A stretch of 64,000 nt of DNA from Peribolospora baueri (GCA_029717555.1 JAMDHS010000008.1:248001-312000); one strand, 5' to 3'. Positions 10,814 to 24,266 are shown, counted from the first letter of the stretch. Program-made: numbers and translations. Notes: generated from the sequence alone by a model not told the origin.

Positions 10814-13359
10814 CTACTCCCCCAACCCCATCCTCACAAACGCCGCAATCTCCTTCTCGTACGACTCTGGCAGCGCGTGTCGGGCCACAAAGTCGCGCGC
10901 CACGGCCACCGGATCGTCTGAAAAAAATAATAAAATAATAAAATAAAATAAAAAGGAAGACACGTAGGCATGGACGGGAAAGAAAAAAGGAGCGAGTGGC
11001 GGGGATGAGAACACCGATCGACCTCCTCCGCCTCCTCGCGCCGACGCCTGACGCCTGACGAGTCGCCGCAGGCCCACTCACCTCCTCTATTCGCTCCGAC
11101 AGACAGCGGCGGCGCATCGTCCGAAACGTCGACGTGCATCACCACATCGAACCTCTCTCCGTCCACCGTCTCCTCCTCCGCCTCGCCCTCTTGCCGTCCC
11201 GCCTCTCGCTGTGACGGTTCGACCACCTCGATCTTCGCCGTGCCTTTCGAGCTGGTAAGACAAAAGCAAGGGCAAATAAATGCGCGGGACGGGGCGGGGT
11301 GAATGGACGTACCAAAGTCAGAGATTCGGGCCCATCGATTCGAAGAAAGAAACGGCAAGGCGGCGTCGAGGAGAGCGCATCTGCCAACTGGAACCGGACG
11401 AGACTGGACTCGCGCGCACTCACGCGCCTGACACAACCTCCTGCACCTCTCTTGCTCTCCTATCATGCTCTTCTCCCACCGCTGGCAAAGCCCTCCTCGC
11501 CGGATGGACGGAGTAGACCCGGACGGCGTGGTCGCTCGCCCCGGTTACAATGTCTGGCGGATCGTCGACGTCGTGAGAGTCCCGCTCAGACTGTGCTGAT
11601 CGAGGCACCGGAGGGAGGAAGGCGGCGGCCCAGACCGTGATGGCCGGGTGAGGGACGGTGGCGAGCAGCGCGCCGTCTGTGATGCGATGCAATGCGAGGT
11701 GAAGCGAGACGAGGCGAGACGGGGCGTGGCGCAACCTGAGCGTTCAGTGACGCCATTCCGGTCCCACTTCTCCCCCTTCGGTATCAGACGACTCACCGAC
11801 CCAATCCCAAACTCTGGCCGTCCCATCCTCCCCCGCGCTCACCATCCATCGTCCGTACACGTCCAGAGAATACACAAAGCTGCCGTGGCCCTCCAACACC
11901 TTCACCGCCGCCCCTCCAGAGCCAGGTTCGGTGGGCGAGCGTCGGTCGACTAGCGACGGCAGATTCCAAATGCGGATCGAGGCGTCGTTCGAGGCGGTTG
12001 CGATGAGTTTCGGATCGTTCCACGACGCGGTCGCGGTGTCGCCGGAGGAGGCGAGCAGAGTAAGGGGAAGGACGGTTCGAACGACGTCGGAATGGCCTAC
12101 CCACGCCGTGTGGAGCTCTGATCCATGGAAGAGTCGGACGACGCGGTCCGCCGAGGCTAGACGACAACGGATGGCCAAGGCAATGGCCGTAAGAAAGAAG
12201 GGTTCCTAAGACTCCACTCAGCTCTATGCGCGGATCTCTTGGGCTCACCAGTGGCATACCACCCCTTCTCGGTCCGCTCCCCGTGCTCATTCCAGACAGG
12301 AGGACTGACTACGGCCGCGCCCCACACAGCCTCCTCGTGGCCTTTCAGGCACTCCACCTCCTGCCACTCCGCCTCTCTCCCTCGACCAGAACCGATCGGT
12401 GCGAACACCCTCGCCGTGTGGTCCCACGAGGCTGAAATGAGGATGGGCAAGGCCGCCGTGCCGTCCCTGCGATCCGACGATGCCCGCGTCGGAAAGGACG
12501 GCGAGAAGGAGTGGAGACAGGACACGTTGCCGTAGTGGGCGGCGATGACGTGCGCCGGCTTGTCCGGACGGGAAGGAGAGAACAGCGAGACTGAGAAGAG
12601 CGGCCAAGATTGACGTGAAAGCTGGCGGAAAATGAGTGTCATCCCGTCCAAACGGTGTCGACGCAAGGTCGGCTGACGCAAACTGGACGAACAGGGACCC
12701 AAATGCCACTCACTGGTCGAGTCGAGCCCTCCAAAGGCCACGAAGCCTGTGAATATGTTGCGAGGGCGCACGACGACAGAGAATGTGAGCGCGGTTCAGT
12801 ACCCCGCCCTTTCACTCGCCATCCGGATCAACGCACCATCCGGCGCCTCCTCGCAAGGCTCGATCCAATCGAGCGCATTGATGAACCGCCGACCTTGGAG
12901 CTTGCATCCCTCTCCCCACCCAATCACCTCACCCTCTTCTCCGTGCGTGCCGGTACCGTCACCAGCGTCGGCGCGCCGATAAACGGGGGCCCACTCGCGA
13001 ACCGTCTCGTCCCTGGACGCGCTGTAGAGGAAGGGGCCCGTGCGCCCGTCGATGAGCGCGACCGCCTTGACTGCTTTCACCTGTTTCCGCAAGGCGTGCG
13101 TGCGTCAAGAGAAAAGTAAACTCGGATCGCATCGGTCATCGCGAAAGAGGCTGTGGGACGAAGGCGAGAGAAGCAGACGCCTCGGCCACTCACTCACTCG
13201 CTCGTTCAATCATTCACTCACATCAGACGAGTGCCCGTCGAGCTGAGCGAAGAGGTGATACACAGCCGAGGCGTCCTCGCCGCCACGCTCCTCGTGCACA
13301 GACGTGGAGACGGGAAACGGGTCAGTCACGAGCGACAGATCTCGAGAACACGCGGGCAT
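10814..13359 (-). CDS. DOA1: Doa1/PLAA-like WD40 protein with partial PFU domain and no PUL domain
   Basis: Multi-exon WD40 repeats: GHSSDV, SASRDETVREW, HYGNVSCL, SASWDHTARVF, GHEEAVW, GHSDVVR, ASNDASIRIW, GHGSFVYSL, SAGEDGTARVW, HPAITVW, TGASDHAVRVY. These are followed by PFU-like GERFDVVMHVDVSDDAPPL and DPVAVARDFVARHALPESYEKEIAAFV, then a stop at 10814. The start codon is uncertain, and this may be a paralog rather than the true ortholog. Confidence 0.8.
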
Positions 13360-13768
13360 GGGCAAGAAGAGACGAAGCGAGAAGAATAGCCTGATCGGAG
13401 CGCGAGCGAGCGGAGCGGCGTACAGCGAGGAGATCACTCGCGTCTGAGCACTCGCGCAGGATGCACAGGAGTATGGTCGTAGCTGTGTAGGTATCGGACG
13501 TTGGACGCTGCTCGCCTCTGTCTAGCTCGTCCTGCGTTGCAATTGCAATCCGAACGAACTGCGAGATGACGCCGGCCGACGTGCCCTCCGCGCATGCCGC
13601 CTATTGCCGCAGTCCGCTGAATAGGACGTGAATACTCCTAGAACACACAGGCACCGAGCGTCGCCGCAGCAGAATTCAAACCCCCGCCCGTCCTTTGCGC
13701 TCTCCTCTTCCTCCGCACATCCCCCGCCCCACCTCGTTGCTTATCTGTTCTTCCCCCCTTTTCCCACC

Positions 13769-15968
13769 ATGACGGGCGCGAACGGAGACGCTGCGAGTGT
13801 GGACGCGAAAGCGGAGGCGGCCGCGAACGGCACGGCCGCCGTGCACGGGTGAGCAGACGTTGGCTTCCTAGCGAGTCTCTTCGTTTGGTTTCGACGAGCG
13901 TCGTGACTTGGGTGTGCTAGTCGTGCTCGTGGTCCCCGCTGGAAGACGATCGCAGTATGCTTATCGGGGACATTTTGTGACTTGACCCGGAAGACCGAGT
14001 AAGGAAGACGTGGATAAGGCGGAGGAACTGAAGAACACCGCGAACGACCTGTTCAAGGCAAAAAAGTTCACTGAGGCGGTGGAGGGTTATACAGAAGCAA
14101 TCAGTGAGTGAGAGGGCCTGACCCCGTTGCCGTCCTACCAGCCGAGATGGGCGGAAATATTTGGCCAACTCACCATGCGCTCGCGCTGTTTTACCCCGGT
14201 CCAATTCAGACCTCGATCCGACAAACGCTTCGTTTCTCACTAACCGGGCGGCCGCGTACATGACCATGTCTCCCAAGCGCCTCAAGCTCGCTCTCGCTGA
14301 CTGTCAAGAAGCGTCGAAGCTGCAGTCCGCCTCTCCCCAACCCAAAACTCTCATCCGTCTCGCTCGATGTCACCTTTCGCTTGGCCAGTTCTCCCAGGCC
14401 CTCTCCGTCCTCTCCCCCGTGCTGTCCTCCCTCGACCCTTCCAACGCCCAAGCCCTCCAGGTCTCTGCTCATGCGAAAAGTGTAGAGGATCACCTGCGAC
14501 AGTTTCACTTTTACCGCAAGGACAAGAGCTGGACATTGGCCAGCATCGCCTTGGACAAGGCGCATCGCGAGGTGGAGGAGGTGCCCCTGCAATGGCGCAT
14601 CTGGAGGGCCGACCTCTTGATCAGCAAGGGGTATCTCAGCGAGGCGAGCACCAAGGCTAGCGACATTCTCCGGCTGAGCCTGAAGAACCCGGATGCTTTG
14701 CACCTCAGGGCGAGGATCCTGTTTCTGCAGGGCGAGCTCGGCAAGAGCATCGCCCACTCGCAGGAAGCGCTCCGGTGCGATCCCGATTTCGCACCGGCCA
14801 GGCGGTTACTCAAGAGGGTACGGAAGCTCGAGGCCGCCAAAGAGGCCGGCAACGAGGCGTTCAAAGCGCAGCGGCTGGATGAAGCGGTAGAGAAGTGAGT
14901 GACCGAGGTTTGAAAAACCGACTCGTAACACAGTCGGAGAGTGACTGACGATTGTGCTTTCCTCCTCCTCGGCCTCCTCGCTTGGAAAGGTATGGTGACG
15001 CTATCAAGCTGGTGGATGAAGAGGCCGAGGAGGATGGGGCCGAGAACAAGTCTTTTAAGGCTATCTTGTACGGGAACAGGGCGATGGCATTATCCAAAGT
15101 GAGCAGGGATTTTGTCCGGGAAAGAGTTCTAAGAGCTTCCCTCTAACCAAGCTTCATCGTCGTCGTTTTCGTTTTCTTCCTCGCCGCTCTACAGCTCGGC
15201 AAACACAAGGAGGCGGTCGAAGACTGCTCGACTGCTCTCGAATTGGATTCCGGGTACACGAAGGCCTTGCGCACGCGAGCGCGGGCGTATTCCGCCTTGG
15301 AGGACTACGAGGCCTCCATACGCGATTTCAAGCGGGCGGTCGAGGAGAGCGTTGACAACAAGGAGACCGCCGGTTTGAAGAAAGAGCTCAGACAAGTGGA
15401 GATAGACTTGAAGAGAAGCAAAGAGAAGGAGTGAGTGGACGTGTATCGCGTCGAGTCTGCGATACTCGACGCCAGAGTCAGGCTGATTGTGCGCGTCCTC
15501 GTCCATTATCTCTCCAGCTACTATAAGATCCTCGGAGTGTCGAAGGACTGTACCGATACGGATGTCAAGAAAGCCTACCGTCGGGAGTCGCTCAAGCATC
15601 ACCCGGACAAGGGTGGCGACGAGGAGAAGTTCAAGCTCTGCGCCGAAGCCTACTCCGTCCTTTCTGATCCCATCAAGAAGCGGCGATACGACTCTGGAGT
15701 CGACGACGACGAGGTTGGCATGGGTGGAGCTGGCTTTGGCAGCGGTAGCCGATTCGCAGAACCCATGGACCTTGCCGACCTGTTCGCCTCTGGAGCCTTC
15801 AGCAGCGGAGGCTTCAGCAGCGGAGGCTACGGCGGTGGAGCCTACGGCGGCGGAGGCTTCCAGTCAGGATCACAGTTTGCGTTCGGCGGCGGTATGCCGG
15901 GATCATCGTTCGCAGGGGCTGGCGGCGCTGGTCGTAGAGGACCGTCACCAGGTTTCCGCTACGGCTGA
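13769..15968 (+). CDS. DNAJC7: TPR- and J-domain co-chaperone (DNAJC7/Tpr2-like)
   Basis: Multi-exon. TPR motifs AEELKNTANDLFK, LTNRAAAY, KEAGNEAFK, ILYGNRAMA, YTKALRTRARA. J domain YYKILGV..VKKAYRRESLKHHPDKGG with the HPD motif, followed by a G/F-rich tail. Confidence 0.92.
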
Positions 15969-16437
15969 AGTCGGACCAGGACGCGCTATCGCACTGCCTG
16001 CTGGCCGTGTGTGTAGATACGTAAATCGCATTTCAGTGTCATGCCTCGATGGAAGCTCGGTATTTCGTCGTTTTGACTTGGACGGTCGTGTACACCACCT
16101 TGACGCTCAAGAAGTTGGAGCGCCGTCGCAATATGATAGAGAACTCCTTCTGGAAGCGGATCAGAGTTGCGTCGATGCCCCATTCTCGACATGAGCTCTT
16201 CGGATCATTTAAAACTGGTCATTAATAAATGAAATGCTTCTGCGCGGTGCTCATGAAGCACAAAACTCGGTCGTCTTCCATCCGGCTGCGTATACTTACA
16301 AGTACACGCTCAAGTATACTTACTATTCGATCGGACTCCGGCGTCGTGATCGCCGGCCGCGCCTTCACGTCGCTCCATCCCCACCCATTCGCCAACACCA
16401 GACAACGCAGAGATCGCCGACCGGTCGGTAGACAGAC

Positions 16438-18260
16438 ATGCTCGCCTCGGCCTCCTCCAGCGCCCGTGTCCTCGGCATTTCTTCTTCATTTTCCAGATCC
16501 GCCCTGGAGGGAGCTCGGCACTGTGCGTCACGCCCACCGCGTCCGTTGCACACTTCGGCCGTACCACCGCCTCTACCTTACGAGCCTAGCCACGAGCTGC
16601 GAAGAACGCTACTGAGCTCCTCCGCGCCGGCTTCGCGGATCACATGCACGCCTTTGTCTTCTTTGGTTGCCTTTGCCTCGTCTTCTGCAACCCCGCCTTC
16701 CGACAGCAGTTCCCGAAAACCAGCGAGTCGGAGGAAGAGGAAGGGGATCGCCTCCGGACAGCCTTCTGAGCGGGCTGCCAGCGTTCGTAGATCAGATTCA
16801 GCCCATCCATATTCCCAGGACCCTGATCTACGACATCCGAGTTCGTGGGCGTCGGACGGAAGCCCATCCAAGCCTTCACCGTCACTTCCAGATCAAGTTG
16901 TGGTGTCGTCTGACCAAGGAGATACCCCCTCGTCCGACTCTGCCTCCTCCGACCCCGCGTTCTTAGATGAGCAATCTGGCGCGTCTTCTTCGACCACCAT
17001 TCTCGTGCCTGCCAACAACGGAAGCGAAGGAGGCGGCTCAAGCTTACCGCCGCCTCCCTCTCCCGACCTCACTTATTCGCGGCCTCGCCTAAATCACCCT
17101 TTCAACACTCATCGCTTCGTCTCCCGTCTCGAGGAAGCTGGGTTTGATCGGAAGACAACGGCGAAAATCATAATGGAAGCCACCAAGGCACTGATGAAGG
17201 ACCAAGGAGAGCGGGCGCTTGCTGACCATCTCAACAAGGGCGATCTTGAAAACGTGAGCTGTCCGGCCGCAGTGCGAAGTATTACTTGGCTGTCCCCTCA
17301 AGACCAGGCAAAGGGACTTGCTTCGCACACGTATATAGGTCATCGGCGCGGCGCCTCGCGTTTACCCCTCTTCTATTTAATCTCCACAGGAAGGCTACCT
17401 GTTCAAGGCCGCCCTTTCTGAGCTGCGCACAGAGCTACAAGTCAGAGCTCGAAATGATGCCGCAGCACTACGGTCCATCACCGCTCTCCTCCAACGCGAA
17501 GTCGATGGCCTGACCCAGAAGATGCGCGAGGACATCAATACCCTCAAGCACGAGTGCGTTCGAGTTCGACGTTTGCGTGTTCTGCGCGCTCCTCCAGAGT
17601 GAATGTGCCGGCCGCGGCTTGATTTTATCTGCTTACATACTTTCCACTTCACATCCAACCGGCAGCATACAGCTCGACATGAACTCGCGCAAGGCGGAAG
17701 CCAGGGAAGAGCAAAACGCGTTTGAAACTCAGATCCAGGTCAGTTGGCAAATCCACAGCGCTTTGTTGGAATGGCGAACATTGACGAACAAGTGTTGTCT
17801 GGCGGATCCTGGTCCTTTAGGAACTCAACAACAAGTTTACCATCAGTCTTGGTGATCTCAGGTGAGGACGCTGTCGCGTGGCGAGGAATTCGCGCTCGCT
17901 GAACCAAGCGCGACTCGTTTTTGCCCCTTCCAGAACCGAAATTGAACAAAGCAAGTGGGATACCACCCGTCGAGCATTGGGTGAGCCTTCGACCCGAATC
18001 GAGATCAAGGAGGGTCTGCAGGTGTGACTTACAAGGTTGCGCCCGCTTCGCCGTCTCGTCGTCGTTGTCGCAGCTCTTGTCTTCGGAAGCGCGGCTATCC
18101 TGGTCGTTGGCATCGCCATTTCTGACACGGACTGGGCGCAGGAGCTCGTGGGAAAGTCGCCTAAACACGAGGCCGAACAACCACCGAAGCCGCGCACAGC
18201 CGACGAACTCGGACTGACTGAGCTCGAGGGCGTGGACATGTCGGCGTTGCCATCGGCATG
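16438..18260 (+). CDS. DUF1640 / CCDC90-like mitochondrial coiled-coil membrane protein (Fmp32/Put7-like)
   Basis: Arg/Ser-rich mitochondrial-type N-terminus. Motifs HPFNTHRFVSRLEEAGF, YLFKAALSELRTE, LQREVDGLTQKMREDI, IQLDMNSRK, ELNNKFTISLGDLRTEIEQSKW, then a C-terminal TM helix. About 5 introns. Confidence 0.85.
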
Positions 18261-18771
18261 ACGAGGCGCGTTGAAGGTGCCTGTCAATGGTAATGGAGCA
18301 TTAGATTTCTAGTATAGTCCCCATCAATCTGTGCCAACAGGGGGCGGACGCTGCAAGAGACGATCGTATCTGCGAGCAGATAGATACCCTTTCGAGGAAA
18401 AAGACTGCAATCTCTTTCACCTATGCCGCCGGCCGCGGCAGCCAGGCCCTCCCTTTCCTTCGCGCAAAAAAAAGAAAGCTTTCCAGACACATTCTCCCTT
18501 TTCCGTTCACTCGCTTATACACATGACATAGCTACCACGCAGTCGTTGGTTGCTCGCGCCTGACTACCTTGGCGCGTGAATGGACTTCAGTTTCTTTTCC
18601 GACGTTCCTGCACCTAACGCCGATAGCCATCGGTCATTCCGTCATGAGAAGCGTGCGGGGTGCGATCGACATGCTTAGTCATCATGACCACCGTCACGAT
18701 CACGATCTACGCTCGTCCAGTCCGTCTGTGGAGGCGTCCCCGACCTTTCTAACTACCACCAGCTCGAATTT

Positions 18772-20352
18772 ATGTCTCTCCGCCTCCTCCTCCGTTTGCC
18801 ACTCCTCCCCAAAAGCGCTCAGGCTTTTAACCCCTCTTTGTTCACCGTCGGCGCGTCTTTTTCCAGGATGTCCACCAGTCACAAAAGCGAGATTATGGAG
18901 CAGGTCAGGAAGATCATCCCCCCGCTCTCCGGAAGTATGCATAAAGGACAGGCTGGCAGGGTTGGCATTGTTGGCGGATCGAAAGAGTGAGTGCGGTTGG
19001 CTCAAAGTCAGGCTTGATTTTCATATTTTTGCTTGCTTGGGGGACTCACCCGCTATCTGGCTCGGCCGCTTGATATGTTTGCTTGGGCATTCGAACGCAC
19101 TGTCCGGTTCTCAAGTTACACCGGCGCCCCATACTTCTCTTCCATGGCATGCATGCGGCTGGTGAGTTGGACCGGTTTCCCTTTTTGCGGCGGCTCAGCG
19201 TTGACCGTTTTACATCATGTCACTGCCGCTAGGGGGCCGACATGTCCCACACCATCTGCCAGCCCGACGCAGGAGCGGTGATCAAGACATATTCTCCCGG
19301 TGAGTCCAACACAAACCATCGGTCGCGCTGACCATGCTTGACCGTGGCAGGGATTTTCTATCTTTTCACGCGCGGTTTTGCTGACTTTTCATCTGCGTGT
19401 CTCCTTGCGCAGACCTAATCGTTCACCGCATCTTGGACCCAAACAAGCCCACTAAAGAGATCGAGACAGAGCTTTCGAGTCTTTTCGACCGTCTCCACTC
19501 GGTGGTAGTGGGGCCAGGCTTAGGACGGGACGACTTTATGCAATCCATGGGTCGACTTTCCATCTCCTTGGCGAGGAAGAAGGGCCTGTTCATCGTCATC
19601 GACGCCGACGGGCTTTGGTTGTTGCAAAACGAGCCCGATGCCATCAAAGGATATGATAGGGCGATTTTGACTCCGAACGTTATGGAGTTTAAGCGACTGT
19701 GTAACGCGATGGTGAGTGTCATGGTGACAGCTTTGTGATGGAGATGATCGATGAAACCGGGCGAAGGCGCTTATCAGATCTGGCCAACGTCGTGCATATT
19801 CCCTTGATACCGTTGATGATGTTCCCCGCAATAGAAAATAGATACCTCCCAACCACAAGATGTGGTCTGCAAATCGCTGGCCAAAGCTTTTGGCGGACCG
19901 GCGATCCTCGAAAAGGGGCAACAGGACCGCATCACCAACGGGGAGGAGCTGCTCGTCGTTGACGAACCCGGTGGCCTGAAAAGATGCGGCGGGCAAGGGG
20001 ACGTTTTGACGGGATGTGCCGGGACTTTTATGGCCTGGGGCAAGGTTTATGAGGAGGGTGTTGGGAGGTGAGTTTTGAGGAACAAGGTTCTTTCCATTGT
20101 CGCGTCATACAATCTCAGTGACACACTTTCCCTCTTGCCAACCGAAGGCCGAAGGACAACCCGATCCCCTCTTCACGGATCCCCCTTCTTGCAGCCTATG
20201 GCGCTGCGACGGTGACGCGCACCTGCAGCCGGAACGGCTTTGCTCGGCTAGGGAGGGCGATGCTCACCAACGATATCATTGATGAAGTTGGGCCTGCGTA
20301 TAATAAGCATTTCGGGCAAGACGCGTCCTCGACCTCCGTCCCCCGCTCCTAG
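18772..20352 (+). CDS. NNR2: ATP-dependent (S)-NAD(P)H-hydrate dehydratase (NAXD/CARKD/YKL151C)
   Basis: Multi-exon. Motifs [74 protein letters not shown]. Confidence 0.95.
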
Positions 20353-20686
20353 ATCTGGCGGCCCTGTGCCTCGTTGACTCAAAGTTGGAACAAAGTGCTA
20401 CCGGTGTCGATAGATGACCCCGCTCAGTATCTAGCTCGGTATCTAAGAGGGGACCTTGAGCGCGTGCGTGAACGCTCGAACCGCCGTTGTCGTATCAGCC
20501 GTGGCTGCGGCCGCTGGAAGTGACGTCATGCACCCGAGTTGAGGGCGGACTGCGGCAGATGACGTGCAGCGTGGCGTCGACGATCATCCGCATGCCATCC
20601 TCCCTCATCCCGCAAGGAACGAAGCCGAGCCTTCGGAGGCACACCACAGACATACATTTCTTTAAGGAACCCTGTTCCGATGGACG

Positions 20687-23631
20687 ATGGCCTTCTCCCT
20701 TCGCACCCTGAGGCGTATGCAACGCTTAGCGTTGCTGTGCGTCGCCATTGCCCTCATCATGCTCGTATCGAGATGGCTGTTCGGGGGGATGCATGAGCCC
20801 TCACCATCTTCCTCTCGACCGGCTCTGCAAGTGGAGATGCACGGGCACACAGGCTGGTGGTGGAACGGCGGCGCCGGCGGAGAAGGACATAGGGCGCTTC
20901 TGGAAGGCCAGCGAGGCTCCCCAGGCGAGGGCGGTGGAGGGGGGGATGCGATGCCAGTCGGCTTGGGCCTCTCGCTTCCCTCTCTGGCCGACGCCGCGGC
21001 AGCTCTTGAGCCCATCCCTCCGCTTCCGCCAGAGCTCCTCCCGGACACGCAGCACGCTTCCTCTGCCGCGCATGCTCGCCCAGCGTCTTTCCTACCTGCC
21101 ATCGGCCAAGCAGACTTTGTCTCCTCGCTCACCTCCCCGCTCGACCTCGCGCCGTTGACGTCTCCCGACATCGACGCTCTTCATGCGGACGGAAGGGTCA
21201 GCTTCAAGAAGGGCGATTTGCACCCCATCCCGGCGCTCTTGAAGAGGGCCATGGAGAGGTGGGAAGAGAAACTATCCAGGCAGAGCTCGAATGGGGTGGA
21301 GGCTGTGGCAGAGTATAGACGGAGGTATGGGAGGAACCCGCCGAAGGGGTACGATCAATGGTGAGCTTCATCTTTTCCCGTCTCGCAGCAGTTGTTTGTT
21401 GGCTTGACGATTTGGCCTATCCGCTTTCCAAAACGTATGTCTGGTGCTCATCTGTGTCGTGCGCACATCTTTGTTCCGTGAACCTTTCCCAGGTATGCCT
21501 TCGCCCGAGAGAACTCTGTGGTCTTGATCGACGAGTTTGACCGTATTCACAAGGATCTCGAGCTCTTCTGGGCAATGTCGCCGGAGACGATGGCGGAACG
21601 GCTTGAGACGGCGAGCAAGTGGCCTTTCACATGGGGGTGCAAAGTGGAGGATGGAGTCGTCAGTCTGGTGGGCGAATTGGCGCATCATGATCGGGCGAAG
21701 GGACAGATGAAGCTGATGCAGAGGTTAGTCTGTGCCGATTGCTGCGCTGGAGCATGGTCCTGGATTTGATACTACCTTTCCGACCCGATGCTCTTCCCTT
21801 ATATCATGCAGGTTCGCACACCATCTTCCGAATCTCTTGGCCTGGTACAACGGCCACGACACGCCCAGAGTCGCCTTGACTTGGGAAGAGCGGCAACGGT
21901 TAAAGGAGCTGATCAGGACAGAGCAATGTGAGACTCGTCAGGCATACCCGTACGCTTTCAGGACCCGTTCCAATTTGCTCAGACTGACCAGACGGTGTGC
22001 CGTTTCGTCGCTCCCTCCGATGATGCGATGGCCTCAGACGACCAGGTCGCGCGGGATGAGGATACCGCCCAGCCACCTTCTGACGTGATGGACGTGTCCG
22101 TGGTGAAGCAATGTCCCCCCGACTCTCCAGTGCGCACGATCTACCAGCCCTGGCAAGCCCTTCCGATGGACATGAAGGGTACCGAGATGCCGGACCCACC
22201 GAAGACGCTCCAAGGCGAGGAGGCGGACGCTGTCCTCCTCGTCGACCATCTCGCGTCGTACAACGGCTGCTCTTCTCCTTATCTTCGCTTCTATCACACC
22301 GCACTCACCTTCCTCGGAGGCGGTCCTTGCGGACAACTATACCCTTTCTTCTCCATGGGCGCCAACGACCCGTCGGCCGACATCCTCGCCGTGCCGACCG
22401 AACAGGTAGAAGACCCCGTGGGCGAAGATATCCCCTGGCGCGAAAAGGACGACAAGTTGGTGTGGCGCGGTCAGACGTCAGGGCTTGTCTGGTCCAGGCA
22501 CACGCCGTGGAGAACTTCACAGCGCGCTCGGGCCCACCTCCTGACGCACGAGGACGGCTCTGATCCGAAGACTCCGCCCGTCCGCAACGTCACCTACTCT
22601 GACCGGCGCGGAGCGGTGCAGGTGGCTCAAGTGCCAAAGGTGGTGCTGAACGAGCTAATGGACGTAGGCATGGTGGGGCCACCTGTGCAGTGCATACGTG
22701 AAGACGGCACGTGCGATGAGATGGAACGTACGTTCAAAGGGTACGCCTCGAGAATGAGCAAGGAGGAGGCAAACAGGAGCAAATACGTGTTGGACAGTGC
22801 GTGGGCTCTGCTTCGTCCAATGCTGACGTTTGACAGATGAAGCTGACCGTGTTCCATACCGTGCCGGCTTCTTACGCTGACTCTGGTCTGTTTGGCTCGG
22901 CCTGTAGTTGATGGGAACTCGTGGTCGGGCAGGTTCCACCGCCTTCTCAGTTCTAACAGCGCCGTGGTCAAAGCGACCATGTACCCGGAGTGGTTCAGCG
23001 ACTGGATCGAGGTGAGCTGAGCGAGGCAATTTTTGTTTTGCTTCCTTCTAATGGCGGACGAACTTGAGAGATCTAATCCGTGCCCTCCGCCGTACTTGGT
23101 CCACGACTGCAGCCCTGGCTTCACTATATACCTATTTCGCCTGACTATTCGGATTTGTACGACGTCATGGCTTACTTCCGAGGTCAGCACGTTTTCAAGT
23201 GTTCATTCTTTTCGCGAACGGCCCTGCTGATTCTGGCCTCGACTTGGTCTCATCCGTCACCTATCAGGCTTTGGAGACAACCCGGACGCGCCGCCGACGG
23301 CCGTCGCGCACGACGGGCAAGCTCGCTTCATCGCCGAGGAGGGCAAATTATGGGTGCAAGATCACTTCCGGTGGCAGGACATGGAGGCGTACGCTTTCAG
23401 GCTGTACCTGGGTGAGCACGCCGTCGTCAGCGAGCGCCTCCCTCCCTCTTTCTCGCTTCGGATAATCCGTTCAGTCATGCTCACCTAGGCGCCCCGGCCT
23501 CTCCGCTCCTCGCAGAATACGGCCGCTTGCTATCGCCGGATAGAGAAAATATGGACTACGTCGGCACGGGAGAGGAGCTGGACAGTCTAGCTTTCCGGCC
23601 TCGTGATCGAAATGTAGCGGACATGGAATGA
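20687..23631 (+). CDS. Glycosyltransferase family 90 (CAP10/Cxt1-like beta-1,2-xylosyltransferase), type II membrane protein
   Basis: N-terminal TM anchor. Motifs [107 protein letters not shown]. Many introns, stop TGA at 23629-23631. Confidence 0.9.
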
Positions 23632-24240
23632 AACTTGATCGAAAGTTTCGCAGAATAATCGGAACAACATACTACCGGGTACCCTTTTCACGTCGGTCGC
23701 CGCCCAAATGGGAGACGCTCTAGGAAAACGCCGTGCGGGGGAAATGAATGGGATGAACATCGGACTGCCCTGCCATAAGCGGCGGCGCCCATCGGCCGAC
23801 CCCGCTTCAAAGTCTCCGTAGCGAGGCCGACTTGGCAAGCGCGCTTCGAGACGTGCGGTGCGGTGCGGATGGACTGATAAGACAAAGCGTTTACACGAGG
23901 CATCAAGTGTGTACGTAGCATCACATGTGACTGGGAACGAGACCTGCGAGTCAAAGTCACGGGGGCGGCCAAGAGATGGGAGGGGGGGAAAGAGTAGGAA
24001 GAGCAGCGTCGAGGGCGCGGGCAATGATAATGTGGGGGCAAACAAACGGGCGAGCGAAGAGGTGATCGCTGGAGAGGAAGCGGGGGGTACCGAGGACGAG
24101 CTGGCTGGGCGAGCTCGGGAAGAAAGAAGGAAGGAGAATGGAAGGCAAGGGGACGGGGCGAGAAGGGGTATGAAATGAAGCAGGCGCGACGAAACGAGTA
24201 CGGAGAAAAACATACAAGGGGACGGACACACAAGACAATG

Positions 24241-24266
24241 ACACACACACACACACACACACACAC
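24241..24266. repeat. (AC)n microsatellite
   Basis: 13 AC units read directly. Confidence 0.95.
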
